Origin: Chrysomallon squamiferum
Lineage: Eukaryota; Animalia; Mollusca
Length of the DNA: 64,000 nt
Assembly (NCBI GenBank): GCA_012295275.1
Contig: CM022670.1
Coordinates: 4,340,001-4,404,000, forward strand
Reading direction: 5' to 3'
The translations under genes were made by a program, and so were the position numbers. A model generated the notes under the pieces. The model did not search any database. It saw only the letters and a list, made by a program, of their open reading frames with translations, and had not been told where the DNA came from. Shown here in pieces: positions 12,126 to 64,000 of the stretch. The first letter of the stretch is position 1. Every line of letters begins with the position of its first letter.

Positions 12126-15100
12126 CAGCAGTTGCCAGCATGAGTGTACTCTGCATCATCAGGATTCATATGGAATCCTTTTTTACTCTCTCTCTTTTTT
12201 TCTCTTTAAAATCAAAAACAAAACTTGAATCATGTTGTAAAAGAAATTTTTGGAGAAATGAGAAATAAGTAAAATGGATTCTTTGCCTGTTTCAATAACT
12301 GGCAACAGTGTGGAAATTAAGAATAGATCTTTTCAAGGCTTTATCCAGTTATTGAAGACTAACCACTGGTAGCTTGAAGTCTTATATCAGTCTAATTTGT
12401 AGATCAAATATCGGAAACTTTGAAGCAAAGAAAAAAAAAAAAGTTTTTAATTTTATTGTAATAACTGTCTACAGCTTGAAGAATAAAAATGAAAAATGAG
12501 ATTGACCTTTTCTGGATGATGTACTGATATCAACGATCATGAAGATTGACCACTGATACCTACCTTTGTTGTATACTACTTTATTAGAAGCAGGACTTCT
12601 GTACACCACTGCTGCCAGATAGAATGACCATTCTTTATACCAAGTTGAGTTGCCTTGTGTTGTTTGTTCACATGTGCGGAGTCGTATCTATCACATTGCA
12701 ATGGGAAACAAAATTATGCATACATGTATGAGATAGTCTTAATTGTTTAAATGTCTTCTTTGGTTTTATTTTTTTAATTTTTTTTTTTTTCATAAGCAGA
12801 TGGCAAGGTATTTTATGTTTTATTATTATTTATTTTTGTTGTTGGGTTTCTTTGTTCTGTTCTTCTTCTTTTTTCTTTTTTTTAAAATTATTCAGATTAT
12901 ACATTGTTGTTAACTATTTTACATAACATATCATGTAGCAAATACTGGTTTGAAAGTATAGATTTTATGACAGTTATAAATGTTTTAACTTGTTTGTTTA
13001 TATATAAATTTATCTCTCATTCTCTTACATTATATTTGCAAGGGATGTTGTAAAAATAGATGTCCGTTTCTTTTTATCCTGAATGGTAATAACAGTTTTA
13101 AACAACAAAATCCATTTCATCAAAATATTTGGTGCAAAACAGTTTTCTTTCTATTTGCTTCATAGAATATTTCAGTTGATTTTTTTTTGTTTTCTTTAAT
13201 GATTTGATCAAATTGCTGTGACTTTAAATAATGTTGCAAAAGTCAAATCCTCTGTGTAGGTCCAAAGAGGCTGTGCTTTTTAATTTCCAGTATTCATTAT
13301 CAGTAATTAAATATTTCTTTTGTTTTAATGTAAATTGTCAAGCATGATGAAGGACTATGTCTTTCCTTGCCGTTTTTCTTTTTTTGTTGCTTTATTAAAT
13401 GTTAAAGTTAATATTATTATTTTTTCTGTTTAAAATTTGTAAAGTAATAATCATCAGTCAGCAGTTTGAAATAACATTTACCATAGCTGAAATAATAAAA
13501 AAATGTCTTGTGCTTTCTGAGTATCCAGATAAATAAGTTTAATTAAAAAATACAATATAATATAGAGTAAATGATAAATATTAAATTTCTATTACATTTA
13601 AAACCAAAATTTGTTAATACATATGAAAACCACTTTGTATAATCACTGTTATATTTACCAAGTAATATAGTAAACAAATAGTGATTGTAGCTTATAATAG
13701 AAATAGTTGCTTGTTGAAATAATTGTTAAAATGATATTATAAAATTTGTTTTCATTTGATAATAATTTTATCGATTGAACTTTTGTTAAAAATGTTATCA
13801 GATGTTTGCTGTGCATTATTTTTATTCAGCAGACAGTTTTATATCCTCAGAATCAAAAAGGTTATTACGACATTGTTGATGTAATGAATTATCACTAAGA
13901 ACCACAAAGAAAGACCACTGTTTAGGACCACACAGTACTTAAACCAGAGCTGTCAGAATTTGAACACTTTTTTATTTTTATCATTTAGAAACATCATTTT
14001 ATTTGTTAATAAATTCTTATTTATTTTAAGAAAAAAACAAAATTATACTGGCTCAAAATGTATGTTCCAGGTATTTTATCATTTAGCTAAATTTTATTTA
14101 AAAAAAAAAGAAAAGAAGAATGTATTCTAACTTTTAAAAAATTTCTTGAATAATACAACATTCCAAAGGTCTGATAATCAAAATAAATGTATAAAATGGG
14201 TGTTATTGACTTCTTTTTTTTCTTTTTTTTTTAAATTTGGGGGTTTTAATGTTGTTATTTTTTGTTTGTGTTTTTATTATTATTTTTTAAATTAAATATT
14301 GATGTATAACAGTTCACTTTGGGTAATGTCTTGTTCACACTGAAAAAGAAAAAAGTTCTGTTCATTTCCATTTATAGTGATTCTGTATTTAGTTGAAAAA
14401 AAGAAAGAAAAGAAGTTATAAATGTTCAGAATATGTATAATAGTTGAATTACAAAACAGATTCTCATTTTCTTCATTAATTGAATGATTGGAATTGTTCA
14501 TTTAAATATTGTAGCTGTTTTTCTTATCTTTTTTTTTATCTTTTTTTTTTTCTGTCTGTATATCTCCAACCAAATTAGACCAGTGATTTGATCGTCACAT
14601 TTAAATAATAATGTAATTTACTGGTTGAGAAATTTAATAATCCACTGATAACAGTCAGTGTTTTTGATTTGCTAGTTTCTGCTTCAGAAACCAGTTATAT
14701 TTACAGTTTTCTCTATTTTTACTTAATGACAAATATCAAAATTGATAGGACAATTTACAATGTAAATCAGTATAATTTGAAATATATAAAGACTCAGGGA
14801 ATTATATTTTAAGATTAAAAATATCTTCTTTTCATGTTCAGTCGTGATAAACTAGTGGTTGTACATGTAACCGGAGCACAATTTTATTTTATACTTTAAA
14901 CATATGTTTTTTTCTTAGCTAAAAGAATCAGTTACATTATACAAATACTAACATTTGTTCCTTGTAATGAGTTTTTGTTTGATCTGATTATTTATTTATT
15001 TATTATTTAAATATATTTTTGCATAATCTTGTTTTGAAGTAGCAGTAAATTTGTTGAGGAAACGAAATCTAAATTTTTATTTTAATGTCAACATAAAGAA

Positions 15101-15795
15101 CAAAATTTTAATTAAATATTTCCTTGATCTTTAGTGAATTTATAGAAATAAGTATTGAAAACAATTTTTTTCTTTTTGCTGTTGAATAAATGTGTTCATT
15201 TATGTTTATACATTTTATATTTGTCTACATCTGTTTTTATCAATAACTTTTTTTTATCCAGACAAGTGAATACGTACATATATATTAATAATACTTAATC
15301 TAGATTTACTGCATGTCACATTAACTGTTCTTCTATTTTTTTCCTATTATTGATATGTTCATCAATAATTAGGCTACTTTAACCAGATTTTATGGATTCA
15401 GGTAGAAAACTTTATGGAAGCCATCTTGAAAAATGGTGGTTCCTTGAAGTTAAAGCTGTTGGGTATTGTTTGACATTCTTGTACATATAATGGACTAATT
15501 TGTGTACACTTTGAAATCATATCAGTATAGTTTTTCTCACCACATCATTCCAGGCAGAAAATAGAGAAGAAACATATGGTGCATGTTATAACTTTAATAT
15601 GTAAAAGTGTGTAAATAAATGACATGATTTTTTTTTTTTTTTTAAACTGTATTCATTTATTACAAAAGTATTTGCAAAGACATAATTTAGTTATTATACA
15701 TTTATGTAATTATTGTTATATTCAGTCAGCATACAGTGGTAATTTTTCATTAACATTTTAATTTTTATATGTTTATGAAACATCTATAATGTTGA

Positions 15796-15826
<31 letters not shown>

Positions 15827-15988
15827 CTTTCTTTTTTTAAATATTAACTTTATGGTGCTTCCGTTTGAGTGTTTTTATATGAATTCTCATTGGAATAAAA
15901 CACTAACCGGTTGTATGTGTGATCTATCCTCCATTTCTTGTGTTCATATAGACTATCAAAATGTATGAAAATTCTTGTTTTTTGTATC

Positions 15989-16023
<35 letters not shown>

Positions 16024-16170
16024 AATAAAGAATTTATGTATGTAAATACTGAATGTCAAGTTTGTATGATTTACTTTATTTTGATTATGTATCCATATAT
16101 ATATATAATTCTTTTTTTTTTCTCCCACATGTAGAGACACAAAATATTGATATATTTTTTTTTTATGTCT

Positions 16171-16204
<34 letters not shown>

Positions 16205-17422
16205 GGCTATTTATCTACTTTTATATACAGCATTATATGCAAAGTCTTTAAAAGAATTGTGTGATTTGTCTTACTTATTTATTATTCTTTTTTTTTTTCT
16301 TAATTTTTTTTTTTCAAATATTATCTTAATGGTTTATTTGTTTGACCATATATATATATATATATAATGCCAAAATAAGTAAAATAATTTTGAAGTGAAA
16401 ATGAAATGATTATATTTAAAATATATTAAATACAACTGGAACATGCTAAACAAGAAAGGCATGGTAACAAATTAGAAATCTGGCAAATGGTGATTCTTTA
16501 CATGCTGATAATTAATTAAAGTCATTACTTTGTTACACATACTTAATTCTGGGAAGATATAAAGTATATTTATTCAGTTATTGTATATCAGATTAAGATT
16601 ACTTTTTTTTTTTTTATTTTTTTTTTTTTTTCAATTTTATATTTTTAAATAAATAACCTCTGCTGACAAAAACATAAATAAGATTGTAAAGAGTTTTACT
16701 CGTATTTGTTTTATAGCAATGTAAGCCATGAAGCATTGAAAGTTAAAAACAATTACCAGTAGTCACAGTTGTTAATTTAGAAAAAGTATGTTAAATATTC
16801 AGCCAACAAATCAACCCAAAGGACACCATGATTAAATAAAATGAATATTTTCCCTGACAGTGATAAATGATAAATACTTGTGGTGTTGTTTATTGTTTAA
16901 CAAAAAACACCAACATTATTCTTTGATTAAACTGCCTTATCAGTACCAAAGTAATCCAGTTTTTGCCAAAATTTAAAATAGTGTAAAAAGTGAACATAAA
17001 TTGAAGTAACTGATATATCAGTATAAACACAAACTAGAAAGTCACGTGAACTACATAATATTAAAATGCCTTTTTTTTGGCACATTTAATTTTTTTTTTA
17101 AATGAAAGACATCAATAATCTGTATTTCCTTTGTTTTCTTTGATTTTAGAAATGTTTTTTTTTAGTACATTTGTATATCCTTCTGACTTTCACATAGCTA
17201 CTGTTTATATTATTTTTCAAAATTACAACTATCATATTGTAATACAAATGACAACTATAGTGAACTATTTCTGTAAATTAATATTTTGTGAAAATTGTGT
17301 CTTTTTACTTCTATGACTGTCTTAATTTTGTAGTGATTTTAAATATTACAAAAGTGCTATTATGATTTATTTAAAAAATAAATTCATTTCACTTGTACAA
17401 TTTTATAAAATTCATTGTCAAA

Positions 17423-17467
<45 letters not shown>

Positions 17468-18975
17468 TAATAATAAAATATTTAAGGAGGATATTTGGTT
17501 TGTTGCTCAGTATTTAAAAATAATCAATCATGATACCATTAATGTCAAATTCATTTAATTACTTCTGTTTCAGCGTGAATTTGAAATTACAGTTTATCCA
17601 ATTTTCAAAACCAGATACAAAATTAAGGTATTTAAAAATATCTGGTAAAGACATAATCTTAAAAAAAAAAAAATATTAAATTTAAAAAAAAGAGAAAAAT
17701 TATATATTTTATATGTGTATGTGTAAATAAATAAATCGACTCAAAAGTAGCATATCACAAATATATTTTTAATATTTATGCATGCTTATTTTTTGCTTTC
17801 AGTTTTCACCCTTTTCGTCTTTTTTTTTTCTTCTATTTCTGTTTGATACAACTTTTAAATTTAAAGTGAAATAAAAACTTCTATTGTGGTCACCTTGAAG
17901 ATTATTTTACTAATTTTCTGAAATTTGAATACTAAATACAATAATTGACACTGTTCAGACTATATATTTGATGTTTATCGTCATTAGTTTTTATTAAAAG
18001 TCAATGTGACCAAGTTACAGAAATCCACCATGGAGTTTAATTACAATTTTAATTCAAGTACTTAAATATTTTAAAATCTATGTATCCCTAATGCTAACAA
18101 AATCCTATTTCCGTAGTTTTCAAAATTAATGGAAATAGTCTGTGATGTCAAAATTTTATTTCCATTAACTTATAAAGTTATGCCCTTGATTATACAAATT
18201 TTGTTCTTCTAAACTGTGTATTGTATTTCGATGTGTAAAGATTATTGGTATGTAGATTTTTTAATCAGAATATATCCATTAAATGAAAGGTTATTCTTAG
18301 AGGTTTAGTTTTTTTCTTTTCTTTTTTGTTAAGTAACAATTAAAATATTTTTGTTAGGGTCTTGTTCAACAAGTGTAAAATAACAAAAACATTTGAAAAA
18401 AAATAATATTATCTTTATGTAGTAATATCTTTCAACTAAATTTATGGACTTTGGGATTTGATTTTGTTTATTATTTAAATGTTTAAAAATGGTTTATTAA
18501 ACTAGAAGTATAAAAACATGAGACATTCCATTAAATGATCATATTACTTAACTGTAGGCATTATGTAAATAATAAAAGCATTTGTTTCAAATTCAAGAAG
18601 TGCAATATTTTCATAAAATTTAAGTAAGTCATATTTTGTTGCACTATAGATTTAAAAAATAGATAAAAATAAGAAGTAGATTTTACAGAGCTTGCACAAA
18701 AAGAACATAAAAAAATCTTTGTAGTAACATTATATGATTTTACGTCATTCAATGTTTTATCTTTATATATTTACTGTTGTAAAATATTTCTTTATAAATT
18801 TATTCATAATCTAGATAATCCCAGAGACATTGTCAGTTTCATCAGTGTTGCACCTGTATTGTTGTTTGTATTGTATATAAATATCTTTTGTTTTCCCAAG
18901 AAAGAGAGAGAAAAAAAATACATTCGTGTTGCACTTGTTAAATATTAATAAAGCCTGTCTTTGTTAATTTATGTC
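12126..18975 (+). other. Probable long 3' UTR of the GRAF-like gene
   Basis: No credible exons between the stop codon and ~19 kb. The + strand is U-rich and ends at AATAAA 18947-18952 followed by a GT/T-rich tract; strand composition becomes more A-rich beyond ~19.2 kb. The true end is uncertain because earlier AATAAA hexamers exist. Confidence 0.45.
18947..18952 (+). terminator. Candidate polyadenylation signal, GRAF-like gene
   Basis: AATAAA followed by gcctgtctttgttaatttatgtctgtttttatgttg, a GU/U-rich downstream element. Confidence 0.4.
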
Positions 18976-19210
18976 TGTTTTTATGTTGCTGCATGTAAAT
19001 GTTTTTATTTTTTTTATTTTGTTATTATATTTAGGGGATAATTGGGGAAAAAATTAATGAATAAAGCTCATACATTTTTACAGTTATAACTTGCGTAAAT
19101 GTAATCCATTTTTATTATTATTTCAGTTATAACATATGTCAATGTTAACAAACTGCACAGGCAGTATGCAACTAGAATATGAATGACAGCTTAAAACAAA
19201 AGATACACTT

Positions 19211-19233
19211 TTTATTCATTACTAGGTTTTATT
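19211..19233 (-). terminator. Candidate polyadenylation signals, C16orf87-like gene
   Basis: Two TTTATT (AATAAA on the minus strand) at 19211-19216 and 19228-19233, ~1.05 kb downstream of the stop codon. Confidence 0.35.
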
Positions 19234-19596
19234 TCAAAATTTTCCTTTGAAACATAACATCCTTTTCATATAAATTGTAACATGCACTGCAGTCTTTTAT
19301 TAAGCTTAACTGTATAAAACATCATTTCCAAAGAAGGGACTCAAAAAAATAATAATATAAAAATGTCTTAAATAATCAATGGTATCAACCTTAAACTATA
19401 AAAATCTGGTTTGTAAACATACATTTTTTTATATAATATAAACTCAAATAAACAAGTGCTTTTCCAGTCTTCAAGTCAAAACTTTTATCTATTTACTTCA
19501 TTTTACAAACAGATTTAGCTAATTAAGTCACATCTTTTGAAAAAAAAAAATAATTCAAAGATTCTAAATATTTTTAGTAAATAGCAACAAAGAATC

Positions 19597-19643
<47 letters not shown>

Positions 19644-20260
19644 TAATTAAAACACTGGCATTGCTACAAAATTATATTATTTTGATCTGTGGATTACACT
19701 TATTTTGCATTCAGTAGAATGCTCAAGAAAGACAAGCCTCAACCATCATTGGGTGTAAACCTACACTGTAAGATACACTAACCGGGTAAATTGTATAAAA
19801 GTCTTCCAGAATCCATCTTGGACATTAGAATTATGTAAAAGCCACTGTCAGTAAAACGATGTTTTAATTTTTGTTTCAACACTGATCTATTTCCAAGTGC
19901 AAGTGTTTCTCAACAGGTTGTATCTGCTCATAATCAGCAATGTGGATTTTCATCTAACAACTGGATGGCTTACTAGATTGTTAGCATTTCTTAGTCAAAT
20001 GGCACCGTGATCAAAATTATTACTAATTTTATTATATCAAATATATCAGTTATTATTTGGAAAGAAGTACTTATCTCCACTGATATATTTATGATAAGAA
20101 CAAAATGGACTTGAAATCCATTAATTCAATCACCAACACATTTCTTCATAGTACAGCAATAATAAAGCATACAGTTTGAAAAATTGCTTCTTTTCAATAA
20201 AATGATTGAGATTTTCTCCCTTTCCAGGATGATTTTCATTTTCAGATGCTTTGCATGGTG

Positions 20261-22510
20261 TCAGAAAGGTTTAAAATTCTGTACAGACATTTTTCTGTTC
20301 AGTTCGGCAAGGACGATGGAATACTGCAAAGCTTTCTCAGGCGGCACATTGGCAAACATGTCTTCCTCTGGAGGTGGCTTCACTTCTGAAATTGAAAATG
20401 TATCTAAATCAGTATCCACTGTCACTAATTGTTACTTAAATGAATGGCAGAAACAAATTAGAAATAGAAAGTTTGCTTTGTCTTTCATGGTATTGCTGGT
20501 ACATGCCTTCATTATAAAAAGTAATAAACATTTATGAAAACCATACCCTTGTCATTTTAAGGGAGCATATTAAAACTGTTTTTTCTCCTTCAGTACTAAA
20601 GGTAAATACTAAAACAGAAAGATAAACAAAATGTGAAACAACAAACGTTTCAAAATCAAAAAATAAATGATGATGAGGTTGACTGTGACTGCATAACTCA
20701 AAATAACATTAAAACCAGTTTTTCTATATCAGCATTAAATGAAGAGAATTAAGAAAAAAACCTAGATAGAAAGGATAGAATTTTTTTTTTTTTTTCGATG
20801 TTACGTGTAATGTATTAAATCACAACAAACCTTTTGCTACTTTGTCTTCAGATTTTGACCTATTTAACGAGCCCTTTGGACGACCCCTCCTTTTCTTAGA
20901 ACTGTCATTCACATTCTTAAACAAGGACACAAGTGTTTAAATTTACTTGAAATCTCTTGCATTTAATATAATTATTAAAATTGTACATGAAATACAGGAA
21001 AAGATACAGACAATACATTTAAATATAAACATCTATTCTTATAAGTAACTTCACAGAATATACTCACTTTATCATTTATGCACATGAAAGAATACACAGA
21101 AAGAGTTATGTTTATATATATAGAGAGAGAGAGAGAATATAAATAAATAAAATTATAAATACCTTAAATAAGATAATTAAGATACTGAAAATTGAAAATA
21201 TTTTACTCAGTGGCAAATAATAAATAATAATAATGATAGTGTATCTGTATTAATACACTACTAAGAAAACAGTTGCATACCAAGATATAAATAATATGCA
21301 GGTTTACTAAAAAAATGTTTTAGTTTCTCTTATTCCTATCAATCTACAAACCTCAGTTTTGCTTTCACTTTTAGTTCTAAATCTTTTTGTTGTGTATTCA
21401 ATATCTAAAGGATTGAAAAAGTCTGGTCTAACTCGTTTCGTCCTAACTGATCTTGTTTGTTTTGGCATGTTATCTTCTTTTCCAGGAGGACTTTCTGAAT
21501 TATGACAAAAAAATAAAAAATGAAAATGTTAAGTATAATATTTAACCATAAAACTGTATTTCATGGATTATGCTTAAAGATCAAAAAACATATTCAAAAG
21601 ATTTTTTTTTTGAAATATTTTACGTAACAATGAATGCATTGGCTGTAATAAAAAAATAAAAAAAAATAAAAATAAACAACATCAGAACTAAAAAAAGTTT
21701 CAGTGCCACCACTCTATTCTTATCAATTAGCATCAAGTGAATTAAAGAACACAAATTTTTAACACTTATAAATGGAATGCTGTTGAAAAATATCAGGACA
21801 TTATAATTTTTATAATTCTATTAATAAATCAATGACCAAGAGACCCCTCTGAATGATTCTTACTAGTTATTTTGTTATTTTGTTTTTGTGTAATTTTTCT
21901 ATAAAACTGCATTCTTGGATTTGTACCTTTGTCTTCAGATGTTCCAGAAAGACGTCGACATGGGAAAGTGAAACCACATGCACATGACTTACATGCTACA
22001 GGTATCTGAAAATAAAGAAGCATAAAAAAAGGCACAAATTATAATCCACTTGAAATTTATGAAAATTATTTTTCAGCTGTATTCTTTATAATTTACACTA
22101 ATAATAATAATAACAAGAACAGCAACAATAATATTAACAAAAGTAAGTAATGACAAGAACAGTAATAATAATAATAAAAATAATAGTTGTAGTAGTAGTA
22201 GTAGCAGTAGAGGTAATAATTACTGTATAACAAAAATATATATATAAATCATAAATGATTATTAAGAGCTGAACACATCATGTCTTTTTGTGGACTTACT
22301 AAATTTCTCACCATATGTTACAGTTGTAGTTCTGCAGTAATTTATTATTAAATGTCAAACATAACTGTTTTGATTTTGCATGCTATTCTTAATTTAAATC
22401 AAGAACAGTCATATACTTTGCAGCCAGTGGAACAAGACTTGAAGTTGACAAAATTGCATTTATACTTCTGTTTTATTTCTGCTATACTTTTGAAAACAAA
22501 TAAAGAAATA

Positions 22511-22553
<43 letters not shown>

Positions 22554-22586
22554 AATTAATAAATAATACATACAAATAATAATATA

Positions 22587-22620
<34 letters not shown>

Positions 22621-23204
22621 ATAGTTTAAAAGATTAAAATTAGTTACAAATTAAACAGGATTAAATTTAAAAATTAAGCATTAATATTTATTTTTGAAAC
22701 ATTACAAATATTTAATTTGTGACGAATTTGTAACCATCATTTAATAACTGCCTCAATTATATCATATATGGTTCCAAAAGGCCAAATTGTCAACTATTCA
22801 ATCCACCGTACCAATTTCCACATATATAGTATATACGATGTAATATATTTGATAATCATAATGATATAGGCCTGATTATCATTATGGAACTGTGACGTTG
22901 ACTGTCAATCGACTCAATGTCATGAAGATGAAGTGATGAAAATCGTCATGAATATGGCGAGAACAGACTCAATATTCTCATTCTAAATCAAAAAAGATTT
23001 TAATTATCCCATTTCGAATGTCATTAGCAGAAGTATAAAGAGTTTAAGTTTCAAATTATCTACAATTACAACGTTCCTAATCATTATCACCTGTTTCTCG
23101 CATGTTGGACAGGACTTAACTACAGTGCGGTCAATTTTCTTTCCTTTTGCCACTTTCATTGTGGATTTTTTGGCTATTTGATCAATTTTATTTTGAACAG
23201 ACAT
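20261..23204 (-). CDS. C16orf87: UPF0547 protein C16orf87 homolog (zinc-ribbon plus AT-hook small nuclear protein), complete, 5 coding exons, 181 aa
   Basis: Exons 23204-23091, 22005-21927, 21494-21352, 20915-20831, 20385-20261; GT-AG introns with consistent phases; 546 nt. Protein MSVQNKIDQ...[25 protein letters not shown]...KKRRGRPKGS...EEDMFANVPPEKALQYSIVLAELNRKMSVQNFKPF* matches the C16orf87 signatures KSCPxCxxQ(V/I)PVACKSCxCG and (I/V)xLAE(I/L)NRK as I recall them. Confidence 0.92.
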
Positions 23205-23220
23205 TATTAATATGAAAAAG

Positions 23221-23320
23221 CTATAACCTTGTTATGTAATTATATGTCAACTGCTGACGATAAAAGTCCTTTATCTTATAAAAAAATATTAAAACTAAAT
23301 ATCCATTCTACAGAACTTAC
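23221..23320 (-). other. Probable 5' UTR intron of C16orf87-like gene (non-coding first exon from 23321 upward)
   Basis: On the minus strand a perfect GTAAGT donor (acttac 23315-23320) pairs with a ttatag acceptor ending at 23221, 16 nt before the ATG; 100-nt intron. Confidence 0.55.
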
Positions 23321-23563
23321 TTCCTATAAGCAGCGACACCTTCATTCAAGGTAGATAACCCAAATTTGTCGCGGAGAAATTGGGATACATTTTTTGTTTT
23401 CTTACATTATGATTTCTTGATACTTTGATTCACGTTCAAAGACTTTTCTTTCCTCATCATTATTTATGCTTAATTATTTTGTTACACTGTTTAAATCTAT
23501 TTATGCTGTCTGCTAGCTGTTAATCAGTACCAGTAATTTTTTGATTCATTGTAAAATAAAGAA

Positions 23564-23598
<35 letters not shown>

Positions 23599-24496
23599 AA
23601 AGAAAAAGGATTTTATGTACAAACAAAATAAATATACCTGCACAAATGTTTATGTGTCATGACAAAAAGAAAATGCAAAGAAATGCACCGTTTACCATTT
23701 CTGATGATTATCGTTTGGGAAGGGGGACCATCTAAAATATAAAGCTGCTTTAGAAATTAGATAAATAGGTACGTATTAATTGGTTTCGACTACTTTCAAA
23801 TACGAACATTTTTTACAAATGTTGTGTGTTTGTCAAATTTTAGTCAGCCATCTTATTAAGCTTTGCTAACAATAAAAATGTCACGTAACAAGCAATTTGA
23901 GATAAAGGAAGGCCTATGATACACGGATAATGCAATTATTTTTTTAATTTCTATTTTATACCAACAAAAGGGAAATGTCAGCTTCCGTAAATCTTCATAC
24001 CTTATTATTAGCAAAGATTGGTTAACGGCCTAAATAATTGTTAATATGTTTATACAACATAGATATTTTCTGCTAAATATTTTAAAAAATATTAATGAAT
24101 TATATTTTTGAGGGTTGGACGAGAATGTTTTTCATTCTTTAAGTGACCTTCAGTACAAATAAATGGTTTTGCTTTCCAGATGTACACTTTCAACAGTTGG
24201 AAAACCTCTGCTTTACGCTGGCATCCACAAACAAACCGCCACAAAATATTCTTGTCCGAGTTAATAAATATGGCGCATGCGCATTTAGTATTATAGTAAA
24301 TTACATTTCCTTAACTGATAAATAATATGGTGTTTACAAAAAAGAAATAAACTTAATATTACGTATAAAAATCGCAGTGTTACTTGGTGTATTTTCCAAA
24401 TGAAAGATTTATATGTGCATTAACAAACGCACCCAGGTGTTTTTTAGTATGCATCTCTCTTAAATGAATATGTTTAATGTCGGTAAAGCTTGATCG
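23321..24496. promoter_or_regulatory. Divergent (bidirectional) promoter region between C16orf87-like and FRY-like genes
   Basis: Head-to-head genes with ATGs ~1.4 kb apart. CpG dinucleotides are visibly frequent from ~22.7 to 24.85 kb but rare in all other introns. NRF1-type palindrome GCGCATGCGC at 24273-24282 overlaps a YY1-like ATATGGCG; ETS-like CTTCCG at 23982. Confidence 0.65.
24272..24283. promoter_or_regulatory. NRF1/Ewg-type binding site
   Basis: GGCGCATGCGCA, an 11/12 match to TGCGCATGCGCA, in very AT-rich sequence ~330 bp upstream of the FRY ATG. Confidence 0.55.
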
Positions 24497-24604
24497 GTGA
24501 GTGACAGGATGCAGGTTATTTGACAGAAAGCACTAGCGGACATCTATAGTTTAAAAGGCTCCGAGAAGAATATAAATCTATCAGATATCGTTTGATTTTG
24601 TCAG
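24497..24604 (+). other. Possible 5' UTR intron of FRY-like gene
   Basis: G|GTGAGT donor at 24497 and tttgattttgtcag acceptor ending 24604, 7 nt before ATG 24612; 108 nt. Confidence 0.4.
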
Positions 24605-24611
24605 AGAAATA

Positions 24612-63704
<39,093 letters not shown>

Positions 63705-63714
63705 ATATCCTTTT
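63705..63714 (+). other. U12-type (AT-AC) 5' splice site in FRY
   Basis: ATATCCTTTT lies where protein-like sequence of the last visible exon ends, with no good GT donor nearby. The 3' end of the intron is not visible in the window. Confidence 0.65.
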
Positions 63715-64000
63715 TGATGACAACTTATTTTATAAAAATCATAATTCAGAATGAATCTGTATATGATTGTTTAACAATACGTAGCCTGATTTTTAATAAC
63801 AATTGTAATGGTTAATTGGCATAAGTCCTGTTATTTAGGACAAGAGAAAAAGCAAGATGTCACCACAAAGTAAGATAATCTTGTTGATTAGCAGCAAAGC
63901 ATTGTTTAGGGATCAAATGAGTAGTTTAGTGGGGACAATGTATCTAGAGTTACAACCAGACATTGTCCACTGTTAAGTCAGAAATGTTGTTGATTCTTTT

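Noticed and set aside
20184-20537. 117-aa + strand ORF
   Set aside because: Antisense shadow of C16orf87 exon 5. The minus-strand ORFs over GRAF and FRY exons (4034, 31501, 34692, 44192, 44860, 49235, 51928, 54897) are shadows of the same kind.

Overview
Very AT-rich, CpG-depleted, intron-dense animal genomic DNA. It is probably a lophotrochozoan, most likely a gastropod mollusc, judging by protein divergence and remnants of a SINE-like repeat; this is inference. No prokaryotic features are present. Three spliced genes were assembled by hand from splice sites with consistent intron phases. (1) The 3' part of a GRAF/ARHGAP26-family RhoGAP (PH, RhoGAP, Ser-rich linker, SH3; 18 exons, 1069-12125, + strand), followed by an apparent ~6.8 kb 3' UTR. 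(2) A complete C16orf87/UPF0547 orthologue (5 coding exons, 181 aa, - strand, 20261-23204). (3) Most of a furry (FRY/FRYL) gene (55 exons traced, 24612 to 63704, running off the window end, + strand), which shares a CpG-retaining divergent promoter with C16orf87. The most interesting signals are in splicing: frame-preserving microexon candidates with UGC and UGCAUG context in the two unusually long FRY introns and in the GRAF SH3 intron, a U12-type AT-AC donor, a GC-AG intron, and a 1-nt frameshift in one FRY exon that is probably an assembly error. Most ORFs in the supplied track are exon-plus-intron read-throughs or microsatellite artefacts.
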